This document shows positions 13,227 to 25,517 of a DNA stretch of 62,374 nucleotides, one piece after another (the stretch's first letter is position 1; each line of letters opens with the position of its first letter). A model generated the notes under the pieces. It was not told the DNA's origin, did no database searches, and was given only the letters and a program-made list of their open reading frames with translations. This stretch comes from Phoronis australis (Eukaryota; Animalia; Phoronida). The position numbers and the translations under genes are program-made. Location: NCBI GenBank assembly GCA_002633005.1, contig NMRA01001056.1, positions 1 to 62,374 on the forward strand, in the 5' to 3' direction.

Positions 13227-15965
13227 TACCGTAATCGTTTGGGTTAACGCCCATGCTCAGTTAACCGCCCATCCCCGACTTTAAGTGGATTTTTGATTTA
13301 ACCGCCCACTGCTTGGTTAAGCGCCCCCCTGCGATTTTTGAAGATTTCCAGTTAAGCGCCCACCTCTCGGTTAAGCGCCCATCCCCGACTTTTAAAGAAT
13401 GAAGATTTAGCGCCTAGTGCTAAGGAAACAGGCGATTCCCCAACTTTTAGAAAAAGATCGATGATCACAATGAGTGCAACGACGCCGGGACTCCGAGACG
13501 GTGGTTTAGCAATCTGAATTACAATACAGGTAATGAGTTATTGTCTTGGGTCAGGAACTCACTTCAAAATGTAATACTTGAACCTTTTTGTCACTTTATT
13601 TTCTTCCCTTGTTTGCAAAGTTTAAGAACGCCGCTGGCGTCAAAACCTCCGCGTTCAGCGACTTTGTCTGCCGCGCTGAGTTTCCGTCTGCAGTGCACTA
13701 GATAAAACTCATATTCGAAAAAAATCAGGCCAGAGAAGTGTGACATTGGTTTTGCCAACCCTCCAAATTCTATTAAGGTGGGAAGCTCTCGTATTTTGAA
13801 CAAATCTCACAACTCACGGAAAGATGTCAAATTCTCAATATTTTGATAAATATAACTGCAGGGTTATAGAGGATGTGGGGCGACCGAAGGGACAGTACAA
13901 GTGCCTTATTGGGTTACCGATTTCGTTGCTGCCTGTCGATTTCTGAATTCAAACGTTGGCAATAATGTATGTTTGTGTATGATTTTGAAGTAATAAAAAA
14001 CGGCTAGTCAAATTTTGTTTTTTGCTTATTGCATCTCAGTCAAACTGGTTAGCAGATTTAACTAATGTCGCTGGCCGTAAGCGTGACTGTGTGAATTATC
14101 GTTTCCACATCTCCTTTTTAGCCATCCAGAATAATTTTGTTTACACATTGGCGATTTTCAGCCTGAACCAAAATTCTTACCATTCGAGTCTGAAATATCT
14201 ACGACGTAAACTGCTTCACAATAGTGGGTAGGAAATTCACACAGCTAGTTACAAGGATGGGCTTAGGGAGCATCAAGCCGGGAAATATGGCTGTAGACTT
14301 GACATCGCAGTTTTGGGGAACATTGGCAACGGAGGAATATCGTAAAGAACTGGGTCTTTCGTAACAACAGCTTAAAAGCACATAGTCACGCCCTTTTTTG
14401 TTACTTCGGACTGTCGCTATGTGTGACTGATTTGTAGTGGTGCACGTGCGCAAGTTCCCACTCTTTGGAGTGCATGTTACCTTGACACCAACATGTGATT
14501 GACAGGTGACTCACACGTAGGCCCTACGTGCGTGCTGAATACCGCCACTATCTTTGGCCATAAAAAACGAGATGCATATTGAAAGAGGCCGTTATATTAC
14601 TTGACGGCATTTCCAAGTCACGATTGTCAGCCGACTGAGACATTGCGCGATAACAGCGGGACCGAACAGTGCCGCAGTGTGATATTACAAGTGATATCAG
14701 GGCTCGACGCTATTAAATTCGCCAGCTCGCATTTTGCCACCTAGCCAAAATCCCAGGTCGCATTTTCAAAATCCAGCTTGCATTCGTAAATGCCAGGTCG
14801 CAAAATTTTCCCAGCATTTTTAAGCGGCAAAATAGATTTTTTAGATCATTGAGAAAATGTTCAGATTATGCTCTTCCCTGCAGCGTTAAATACTCACAAA
14901 TTTCGGATCTCAAAATTGACTTCATTAATGCAGGTACGGCCTAACTGTTCTTCACGACCGCCATTGAAAGACTCTCGACTATAGCGCAAGGCAAGTTGCC
15001 GACGTGAAAGTTGAATCAGTGCTGTCTAACTGACTTGTGCATTCGAGAAGCTAAATTCGCGATGTGAAAAGTATCCGGGATTTTGTTAGATCTGACCTGC
15101 TACTGGCTGTCATAAAAGTCGTCAACAATTCAAACTAACTCGGGTAATGGCGAGTTTGGTCCTCAATACCTTCCAAGTACGGGAAAAATAGGTCAGTCAC
15201 AAAATGACATGCATGTCACTAGTGTTAACCTTCTTTCCGAGGTATAAAACAAAACCGGGGTTTGGTTTTTACATATTGTGAAAAGACGTTTTTGAAAACT
15301 GAAGTTGTGTAAAATGAAAGTGACACACCATATAAGCTGCATGTCAAATTTAAACCACACGCGGTCATTTGTAGTGCGCTATGATGGGCGCTAGGTTGAA
15401 CTGTGGGCGCTTAATTGGAAATTTTCAAAATTTAAGGGGGGACATTTAATAAATCAGTGAGCGCTTATTATGAAACACTTTAAGGGTAGGGAGTAGGCTT
15501 GTGCGTGAGCATAGTCGTAAACCTCAGTGTTTGCGGTAATAAGATATTAAAACGCTGCAATGGTATGAAACGTTATAATAATAGGATTTTCCGAGGCAAA
15601 CTCCATCTAGTAGGGGTGACTTTCTGGATATCGTTACCACCTTCTGTACATTGTACCCTTTTTAGCCACCCGGAATGATTTTGTTTTTAACTGCCCGCTT
15701 CAGCCGGAACAAGGTTGTTTCTATAGGAGTCTGAACATTTTACGGCGACGGTGGTTCGGGGAGCGAAAAGTTGCCGAGGGTGGGGGGTGTATAAAATGAA
15801 GAATGAAAAGTTCGCTAACTTGAACCACAATTTCGCATCTAGTTCCAGTTTAGTTGCAATAGCTGGCTACGGGCATAGAATCAGGGTTTACAGAACATCG
15901 ACCTCGGGAAACATCGGAACAGGAAAACGTCAGTTTTGGGTTATGTCGGTCCCGGGACATCGGGG

Positions 15966-16352
15966 GCCGGTCTCCAATCTTTTTACTCGAAATGGAACTC
16001 GAAATTAGGTTTGGCATTTTCAACTCTACTTTTGAGCGAACTCAAGATAAGTGTCTATTATTCTATGCTCGAGTACACAATAACTTACGTAGATAATTTA
16101 TTGCCCTTAGTTCACAGTTTATAAACCCAATATTAAAGCAATAAGTTCGAGTTTGAACTCGAAATTTCGAGTTTTTACTCGAGATTGTAGCACGAATATA
16201 AGGGTCATCAAGGGCAAACTTGAACTAAAAACTCCTATGCATAAACTATAATGTATTTGAGCACAGTCTGATAACCAATTATCTTAAGTTCGCACAAAAG
16301 GAGCAGAGAAATATTTTCAAGTTCGTTTCGAGTAGAAAGATTAGAGACCGGG
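15966..16352. mobile_element. Harbinger-like MITE (CTCGA family)
   Basis: Inverted ends CCGGTCTCCAATCTTTTTACTCGAAA and TTTCGAGTAGAAAGATTAGAGACCGG. The LTR begins at its right tip. Confidence 0.75.
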
Positions 16353-17201
16353 TGTGGTGTAATGATTCGTGTTGCGGCCGACAGATGGCGCGCACGTGGT
16401 AGTAATTAAAACAACACACGAATACCTCAACCAATAAAATACGTCTATTAATTTGCAGCATTGTGATTTACAAACAATAGTTTACAATAAGTTGCGAGAC
16501 TGACGACTAACTGAATGAGACGCGATGTCACTTCTAGAGAAAGTACTAAACAACAATGTCACTAGTTACCAGTAGCAACCGCACATGCAAACACATTACA
16601 TTCGCAACAGAACTAACCCTCTAGAACAATCGCTAGGCTGGTTTGAATTGACTAACAGGCTGAGACCAACACCTGTGTTAAATGTCTATACCTCGGTTAT
16701 ATACTTTAGACTTGATTCGTGGGTTTTCTGTCCGGTCCTGGTACTCGTCTCTGCCGTTCACTGTCTGGAGATCGTGACTTCGCAGTTTTCGAAGACTCAA
16801 GTTGGCGTGTTCGGTGCAGTCTGGTTGGTCTGCTTCTGTTAGTGTCTTAAATAATACCTTTGGAGCCATCACGTGATGGTCCCACCTCTTTTAGTACATC
16901 TCTCTTATAACCAGCTAATTGACTATCCTATAGAAATTTCTTGCATAACTGCCACTCTTCTCAGATTTGCTAAACCAGGGATGTGCCTATCCTCTGAGGA
17001 ATCTCCATATAATCGCCACTCTAGAGGTATGTACATCCTTTAGGAATCTCAACTACCACAGAAGTATACACATCCCCTGGGAATAGACTAAGACATGTTT
17101 GCATGCACGTGGAGAACACAAAACAGAAGTATGCACATACCCTGGGAATATTTTAAGACATATTTGCATGCACGTGGAGGGCAGTGCCTCATTATATCAC
17201 A
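16353..17201 (-). repeat. 3' LTR
   Basis: Direct repeat of 25619-26508. Minus-strand ends are TGTGATATAATG...CATTACACCACA (imperfect inverted repeat). Confidence 0.95.
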
Positions 17202-17212
17202 CTCCCCCTTTT
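17202..17212 (-). promoter_or_regulatory. Polypurine tract
   Basis: AAAAGGGGGAG directly abuts the TG of the 3' LTR. Confidence 0.9.
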
Positions 17213-17666
17213 GTTAAGCCAAAACATTTACACAATAAGTTTTTTGGAAGTCGTAAATTTTCCGACAATGCAAAGTTTCTCCCAGGTGATCGCCATACAA
17301 CTGCAATAGATACAAAAAAATTGAATGATAAAACAAGGGAAGTCGTCAGCCTCCAGATGATCGTTAAACAGGTTAACAAACAGCATCTCACAACGAAATA
17401 TCAACCACACTAAACTATCCCAACAATTAATATAATGGAACACACACATACAGTATGCTTCTGTCATCAAACTGAACTTTGTACCAACCCCTCATTACAT
17501 AATCAAATATACCCTATATCTATTGAAATTATAATTATGTTATAAATATGTTACAGTTTCCCTCAAACCAAATCTACCAAAATATTTCATATCATAACTG
17601 ATTAACTAAACGTGAAGGTGCCACCCCAAACTAAACTAACTGGAGGGGGTGGACCTGTGGCGTATG

Positions 17667-18041
17667 TTAGAAGCCTGCCGCCAACAGACTTTCAGGGACG
17701 TCTGCCACTGCTATGGGCATACGTTTCGGAGGGCGTCCCCCCAGCTCCACTTCCAAGCAAAATATACTAACTACGTCGCCTGTATGACCCCGGTTAGTGT
17801 ATTTAACCTGGGCGTACTCTACCCCCATTGCGCATGGGCCGCCCCACGCCTGACTGTCGCCCTGGAGCCCCTCGTACGCACGGTTCCGTGAATACCGGAC
17901 CCCAGCGAAGTCGCTTAATGATAGAACAGTCATATCAGCAGTCAGGTCCATGTGGAACATAATCCACTCGCCGTCCACGGAGGCATCGAGTCGTACCGCC
18001 GGCAGAGTTTTGTATACAACTTCCTGCTGCTGGGCTGCCAT
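17667..18041 (-). CDS. Accessory ORF downstream of env; retropepsin-like (pseudo)protease, 124 aa
   Basis: Intact ORF with caacaATGG context. FHMDLTADMTVLS and IAVADVPESLLAAGF align by eye with the retropepsin D(T/S)GA and ILG.DF motifs. Confidence 0.6.
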   Translation of the reverse strand: MAAQQQEVVYKTLPAVRLDASVDGEWIMFHMDLTADMTVLSLSDFAGVRYSRNRAYEGLQGDSQAWGGPCAMGVEYAQVKYTNRGHTGDVVSIFCLEVELGGRPPKRMPIAVADVPESLLAAGF

Positions 18042-18361
18042 TGTTGATCGTGTTCCTCTAATAGTTCCATATTTTATATATATGTTACGTATATCTTGTG
18101 ACTATTCGGAATGTTAATAACCACCACCTTCCTGGCAACTATCTAGCGTACTCTACTGTAAGGTTCAGTAGTACTACTACGATGTATACTGACAGCTCGA
18201 AGTCACATGGAGGTTTCCTTCTGGCCCTCTCCAGTTTCCGGATCCAAGGTAGGATACATACGTCGGACGAATTGCTTCATCTCGATTGCTTTGCCATTCC
18301 ACTGAGTCGATACGGTCGGGTGGTCGTCAGCACTGGGTTTCTCCCCAGCCGGTGACGTCTG

Positions 18362-20219
18362 TCAGGCATCGTTCGGTGCGCTCATGAGTGCGAATGCTGG
18401 CGGTGCACTTGCAACTGGGCGGCTACCATCGGTTGACACAGGCTGATACTGTTTGAGTTTGGCACATGCAATTTGTCTACGTTTCAAGAAAACAACCCCA
18501 AAATTAATAGGGATGCTGCTATTCCTAGAGCAACATATAACCAAAATTCATTGTTGGGGGTCCAAGGTTTTGGAATTTCCAAGTTTCGTAAATCAGTGAC
18601 TAAACCGTCCAGGGGAATTTCGGGTAAGTGAGCGAGACGTGGCAGTATTTTTACTTCCACATGTTTAGGAAAGGCTGCAATATAAGGAGACCACATCGTG
18701 AAGGATCCTTTTCGAATTCTCAAAACTCGAGCGAAGCTATCAGGGTGCTCGTATCTAGATTCCCTGTGAAAAGTTCCCAGGAGGGTCATAGTTGGGTTTG
18801 TGGCCTGGCATCCGTAATCGACGTGTATCATATTTACCCGAATGTCCACCGTAACTGATTTAGTGTTAGTGCGACTGTGGTTGCACAGGAGGGCAAATCT
18901 TGTAATCTCGTTACTAACTACAGCGTACCAGCCAGATCTCAGATATATGGCCTGTGGTAAGGCTATATTTGTTTTAATAGAAATACGACAGAGCCTTTTG
19001 ATAGCATCGTTAAACTTCATGAACAGAGCCACCACACAATCTTTGCTCAAATTAACAGGGCGTAACGGTTGTCGGGTTTCACAAAAATTAAGCGACGAGC
19101 ATGCCTTCATGCTGGCATAATCTAGTAAGCCATAAGACGTTCGTTCTTGATTTATGGCTTACGCCGTGGCCTCCAATGAATACTTTGCCAAAATGTGAGA
19201 GCGGTTGGAAATAGGGAATGGAGCCGGTAGATTATGAATTTGAAATAATTCCATCAAGCGTAAGTGTCAATTAATGAAATCCAAGATTCGTCCATTTTCC
19301 CACGCAGTATGACACGGGAGAGACTTATAATATTGGAACTGTACAACTCCGTGTCAGGATCAAAAGGTAATTTTAAATGGCGTGGAATATTTGTTCGTAT
19401 GTCCTTTAATAAATTGCGTAATGCTTCCGGTTGAACCACCGCTGGAGTAACTTGTCCTAGAGACACTATTCCTATTTGACTTTCAATGTGAGCTAAATAG
19501 CCTAAGGCTATTTGCGCTGCCAATTCCAAATGGTTTAAAATGAGTTCGAAGTGTATGTAACTCTGGGTGAAGACCGACAAATCCTGCATTTCATCATGTA
19601 GCATATCAGTCACGTTATTAAGACGTTCTATTTCATAAGTCGAAAGAATCAAGTCATTCAAGGTCTCTCGATTTCTATTTACTTTGGTTCTAGTGGCTTT
19701 CATTACGGTTACCCTTTTCAATGCGTTAGTGACAATCCTCTTTTGGTTCCTCACTATCATATCGATTGTTTCCCTAATAGCTTTAACATCATCATCAGTG
19801 GCTGTGCCAAATAGCCAATGACTGATTTTCCCCATAAAAGGCAGGAGACTCTGTTTGCTTCTGTTACCTCGAAATTGGGCCAAAGTGTTATAGCCAGTCA
19901 ACAACTCGTCTACGGCCTCTTTTGTGAATCTGATATCATCAATTTGTTTTCTCAATCTGGAAAAATATCCCAAGAAATTGACATCTTTGGGGTCAGCGTA
20001 CTTTTTCCTTACTTGAGTATGCGTATAGTAAGCATGTTCTATGTCCCGTGAAAACTGGGACATGAACTCAGAGAATTCGCTGAGGTCAATAAAACTCGTC
20101 ACCCACCAGTGTCCCCACGAACTATAAAATAAATTAATTTTCTCAAAAACTGCCCCATTTTTGACAATGACGCATTGCACGATACCAGCCAACAACAGCA
20201 AACCTGTTAATCGTTGCAT
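18362..20219 (-). pseudogene. env: env: baculovirus F/errantivirus-type envelope fusion glycoprotein, frameshifted
   Basis: Signal peptide MQRLTGLLLLAGIVQC, furin-site position RSKQ followed by fusion peptide SLLPFMGKISHWLFGTATDDD, heptad region, Cys-rich ectodomain, TM (WLYVALGIAASLLILGL) and a basic tail. Confidence 0.88.
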
Positions 20220-20488
20220 TGTCTCTCTGAAACAACAATAGTCACTGAGGTTACTTAACTCGCTCCTCATTCTACTAAAAGTACTTGCCATGCCGAGAAC
20301 TGACTCGGATACCCTTAGATCAGATACGTTACGTATGAGTGCCCATGGCTATATAGTTTTCGGGAAACAGTCCCGTCCTTAATATTCAGATATAAGTATG
20401 CTATTAAAGTAGATGGTTCTGCTGAAATCTGAAACCTTAATTACTAATCGACCATTCTTAAATGTTTCTAACATCATCCGACACAAAT

Positions 20489-22232
20489 CTATAAATAAGC
20501 CGCGGAGGAATTTTGGGTTGTTTTTCTACACTTTCGGCTTCTCCTTTTGTCCAATCTCGCGAGGACGTTCACATCCATGTCGTCATCGTCTGGTCGTGGT
20601 CCCATGGCAATGTCCATATCTGTCTCATCCGACGGTATAGACTGTTCGTCGTTTGGTGCGGAGGGGTCCGTCATCGGATCCGACTCCGCTTTGGACTCGG
20701 GTCCTTCGCTTTCAGATGATGGGGTCCCTGGATCCTCCATCTGAGGTGCTGGCTTCGTCTGAGCCAACGTCTTCACTTGCCCCCTCTGTTGGAGCCTTCT
20801 TTGAAGTTCCGCTAAGTCATCGGAAGATGAATCCCCCTTCATTTGGCGGAAATGATCCTGCAGACCTTGCTGTGGTTCGTCGTCAGACACATCGCTTTCT
20901 TCACTAGAACTGGGAGGGACGGCGTAGCGCGCTCTTCTCATTTGTGGATAATCGTCGTCATTCACCTTCCAGTCGTCGATTTGTGCCCACCTCAAGTTGT
21001 CAATGTGTGACTTGGTGACTGTCCCATCTAACTGATTCCTGATGACATATGTTTTTTCAGACAGTCGTTCTAGGACGCGCCAATAACCTGTCCACTTAGG
21101 GTCCAGTTTGCTGGTTTTAGAATTATTTTTAAGGTACATGGGATCGCCAACTTTCAATTCAACCAAAACTCTACCTTTGTTCGCGGTAGCTAGTCTTTTG
21201 TTTTGATGGTGTTTTATCACCCGATAAACTCCTAAAAACTCTATGTTGGTTTTGTAGGATAACCTTATGTTATTCCTCGCCCACGTACTTAGCACGTGGC
21301 CGCATTATATTATGTACAGGAAGTTTAGGGTCTCTACTGAACATAAGAAAATAACTGCTATACCCAGTATAATTGGTATGAAAATTTAAGCATGACTCTG
21401 CTTGACTGAGATAGACATCCCATTGTTCCGGGTTTTCATGGCATAATTTACTCAAAATGTCACCAAGTACTTTGTGTGATCGTTCGACTCGGCCATGTGC
21501 TTTTGGATTGTAAAAACTTGTGGTAACATGCCGAATGTTAAATGATTCCAAAACATCTTTCACTGTTTTGTTTACAAATTCAGAGCCGTTGTCTGAGACC
21601 AAAATGTTCATTATACCGAATCTACAAAAGGTATCAGTGGTCAGGATTCATGCGATTGTGGCGGCACTCTTATCCGGCATCGGATACAACAATGTATAAT
21701 TTGAAAACCAGTCAGTCAGAGTCAAAATATATCGGTTACCACTGGGTGATGATTTCATAGGACCGACACAATCTATTGCTACTTGTTGCCAGGGGCCGTT
21801 CACAACATTAGACGCCCCTAGCGGAGATTTAACTGCTTTTAGATTTTGTTCCTGGCATGTAACGCATTCTGAAACATACTTCTCAATGTCTATAAACATT
21901 CTAGGCCAGAAATAACTGTTCCTAGACGACTGATATGTTCGATCTATCCCTGCATGTCCTAGTTGATCGTGATATTGTTTGATGACTAGCGACTGTAAAT
22001 GTTCAGAGACGTACAGACGAACCTTGACGTCGCCGTGATCGTCGGAAACATAATATAGAACATTTTCTTTGAGTAAATACTTATTTCCAATTCTTTTGCT
22101 AGGCTTAGGAAACGACAGTTCATCAATTATTGTCCTACACTCTTGATCTTTCTTTTGTTCCTCATGCATATTCAGTTCTAACTTAGGCATTTGCAATTCA
22201 GGGGTAAAATTAGGTATTGGAGGACTCTCCAT
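20489..22232 (-). pseudogene. Integrase with long acidic C-terminal tail
   Basis: HHCC (HDQLGH...CVTC), IDCVG, SDNGSEF, GRVERSH and GPY/F-like KLDPKWTGYWRV, split over three ORFs. Confidence 0.93.
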
Positions 22233-22377
22233 TTCATGAGATTTAGGATCAATTCAGCTGTTATCTACTACATTAACTTGTGCTATCGTAGCCTGAACCT
22301 CAAAAGTCCTATCGTCTATATCGAGAGTTTCCTCGTCAGTCGCATTATCGTCGTTGAAGGGCGCTCTGCTCAGCAAG

Positions 22378-23626
22378 TCAGCTATCGGAGATAAGTACCG
22401 ACCATTGCGCCACTTTCTTATTTTGTATGTCGCTTTTAAGCAAATAAATGAGGGGCATATGGTCCGTGAAAAGCGTGATTTTGGAATTGTAAATGTAGTG
22501 TTCGAATTTCTTAAGGGCCATCAATGATGCGAAACATTCCTTTTCAATGGTTGCCCAACGCTTTTGCGTGTTAGTCAATTTTTGCGACATAAGGTAGATA
22601 GGTTTTTCAACATCTTCATCTTGACACTTTTGTACCAAACAGGCCCCAATTGCAAAATCACTCGCATCGGCGTATATGATATAACTCCATTTGGGATCAG
22701 GACAATTTAGCATCGGAACGGCGGAAAGGTGTTCTTTGATAAATTTGAAAGCGTTTTCGCATTCAGGTGTCCATTTAAATCTGGCATACTTTTAGTCAGT
22801 TCAGTCAATGGAGTCATAATGCCCGCCAAGTTGGGAATAAACCTCCGATAGTATGACAGGATTCCTTTAGTGCCCTTACTTCTTTTACCGTGGCTGGTCG
22901 TTTCATTGATCTAATAGCCGAAATTTTGGCTGGATCAGGGCGGATCCCTTCTTTATCTACTATGAAGCCCAGATAGTTCGTTTGAGGCTTAAGAAGTTGG
23001 CATTTGGACAATTTCAACTTCAAATTATGTTCTCTGAGGCGTTGGAAAACGATTTTCAGATGTTCAACGTGTTCAGTGACACTTTAACTGTAAATAATGC
23101 AATCATCGATATGGGCCCGAGCAAACGGGAGTCCTTCTAAAACGATTGACATGAGTTCTTGGAAGAAACTGGGACTATTGCAAAGTCCGAATGGCATAAC
23201 TTGAAATTGGTAGAGATTGTGACCAGTTAAAAATCCCGGAGAGAAAGCGGTCTTTTCTTTGTCATCACGGTGCATTTGAATCTGCCAGAAACCACTACGT
23301 AACTCCAATGAACTATAAATACTTGAACCCCTAAGATCGTTCAGTATGTCATCAATTTTCGGTAGAAAGAACGAATAACCTTTAGTTACACTGTTTAGTT
23401 TCCTATAGTCTACACAAAACCTCAAGCTACCATCCTTTTTGGTTACTAATACTATAGGTGAGCAAAAGTTGGATCTAGAGGGTTCTATGACCTTCGCAGT
23501 AAGCATTTTATCCACCGCTTCTTTAGCTATTTGTTGTTTTGCTATCGGAAGCCGATAAGGCCTCTGCTTGACAACTGTGCCGTCTGGCACGTCTATGCGC
23601 ATTTGTACCGTGCTCGTTTTCCCCAA
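22378..23626 (-). pseudogene. Reverse transcriptase and RNase H
   Basis: KKDGSLRFCVDYRKLN, MPFGLCNSP, HIDD (YxDD position), YLGFIV, DASDFAIGACL, EKEC and TDH. Confidence 0.95.
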
Positions 23627-23668
23627 ATCGAGATCGGTTGCTGCGAAAACATCGCTATTCTGCTTTAA

Positions 23669-24060
23669 TTATGTTTTCACTAAGCTAACATACTCATCAG
23701 GTGTATCAATCTCGGATAAATCCAACGTTTGTTTACTAGCCGACTGGGCTGTTGTTGATTTATCTAACACATTCGCAATATTTGCATTACGTAGTTCTTC
23801 AACCTGTCCTACTGCAACTCCTCGTTTTATCTTGATATATCGGCCAGAATTATTGATTATTTCTACCGGAAATTTTCCAGCCTTGCCCGGCTTTATTACT
23901 GCGTTTGAAACTGATAAGCCAGGTTCTGCATTTAGGAATCCGGTTGTTAAAGGTGACACCTGGAATATTTGTTGTCTTTTGCTACCCTTGGCGGCGCAAC
24001 TTCTAGCGCGACATACAACCTTGGAATAAGGTCTAACTATAATTTCTTTGATTACTCTAA
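23669..24060 (-). pseudogene. PR-RT linker with degenerate dUTPase-like signature
   Basis: GLSVSNAVI...FPVEIINNSGRYIKIKRGVAVGQ resembles dUTPase beta-strand motifs, without the catalytic Asp. Confidence 0.45.
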
Positions 24061-24112
24061 CATAAAACTTAACCAGCGAATCTTGAATTAAAGGTGTGTA
24101 AAATTCTTTTAT

Positions 24113-24442
24113 TTATAACATTCTGAGATCAAAGTAGACACGACAATTATTTTTATGAAGAAAGTCTTCTCCAATTATCATTCTTCGATTTACATCTCGA
24201 ATCACCACAAATTCATGTTTGAGAATATTGTTTCCGATTTTTAAGCTTAACAGGACACAAGCGAGGACATTCAAATGTTGATTATTCGCTGTCTGAATTG
24301 CAGGTTTTCGATTAACTATTTCTACCAAGTCTTTTCGTTTAAGCTCTTCAAATGTAACTTCCGAAATACCGGATATTGCAGCACCCGAATCAATTAACGC
24401 TCTGACTCGCGTCTGTACTTGAATACTATCCTCGCTTCCCAA
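24113..24442 (-). pseudogene. Aspartic protease (retropepsin)
   Basis: ALIDSGAAISGIS, IQTANN and IIGEDFL. Confidence 0.92.
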
Positions 24443-24466
24443 AAAACATCAAGTTACAAGATCATC

Positions 24467-24508
24467 CTGACCCGCGGAAGCTCTTGAGTCAGTGCACATT
24501 AGTTTCCC
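24467..24508 (-). promoter_or_regulatory. -1 ribosomal frameshift signal at the gag/pol junction
   Basis: G GGA AAC immediately before the gag TAA, with a downstream CTGACTC/GGGTCAG stem. The -1 frame is the protease frame. Confidence 0.8.
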
Positions 24509-25517
24509 TGTGGGTTAACGTCGTTTGGCGTGGTATCAGCAGGGCTTGGGTTGTCAGAGTAATTAACTGGCTTCTGATTCGCTTGGGCGGCCAAAAATCT
24601 TTTAAAACTAAAACAGTCACGTTTCATGTGGCCAGGTTTTTTACAAAAGAAACATCTGATTGGTTCTTTGTCTAGGGCGTTAACAGTTCTGGGCGTCCGA
24701 CAGTCCCTCGTCCTATGATTTGTTCTGTTGCAAATCCTGCATCTTTGAGGAGGGGATATTTTATCTATGTCCATAGGGCTGATTTCCCTGTTATTTCCCA
24801 GTTATAAATTCATTCGCGCCCATAGGTGTATTTCTTGGACAGCAACTTTTAGGGCGTCCCTGAGAGTTGTTGGGCCTGAACGTAGGACGTGCTCTCTTAT
24901 TCTCGCGTTCCGGAGCCCATCCACAAAAAACCCAATTAATTGTTCTTGTAGAACGTCCAATGCCGCCTGATCGTCAAATGCCTCCCGCGCCGCCGACAAC
25001 AGTCGCTCGCCATACATTTGCACGCTTTCTTGTAGAACGTCCAATGCCGCCTGATCGTCAAATGCCTCCCGCGCCGCCGACAACGGTCGCTCGCCATACA
25101 TTTGCACGCTTACGTTTGGTCGTTGCATAATTGATTTTAATCGACCAAATGCCAGACTTTTGTCAGTGATAGGGGCAAAGTGCAACATAATTTCTGCTTT
25201 AAACTGCTCATATGTGCATTGTGGGTGGTCTGCCATATAACGTTTAATGAATGCGGAAACTTCACCCCCCCCGATCTTTGATATGCAATTAAGATTTGTT
25301 TCCTGTTATCCATATTGGGAAAAATTACAGCCATCTTTTCTATCTCGCTCACCCAGGCTCGAAACCCATGAACATCTCCTGAGAAAACGGGGATATTTGA
25401 TGCCAGTGACGTTTCGCTCATGGAATTCATAGCATCGGTAACATCTCTGGTGAAATTACCAGCAAGTCCCGTTAAAAATTCCGCTAAATCTACAGATGCT
25501 TGTTGCTGCTGTGCCAT
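24499..25517 (-). pseudogene. gag: gag with two CCHC zinc knuckles, frameshifted
   Basis: IPVFSGD...W capsid-like start; CRICNRTNHRTRDC and CFFCKKPGHMKRDC knuckles. Confidence 0.9.

Noticed and set aside
16585-16872. ORFs duplicated at 25905-26126
   Set aside because: They lie within the LTRs, so the duplication is explained by LTR identity.
23104-23115. HIDD instead of YxDD in RT (and YTDD in the LINE RT) as a novel catalytic variant
   Set aside because: Single transitions in copies that already carry many disabling mutations.
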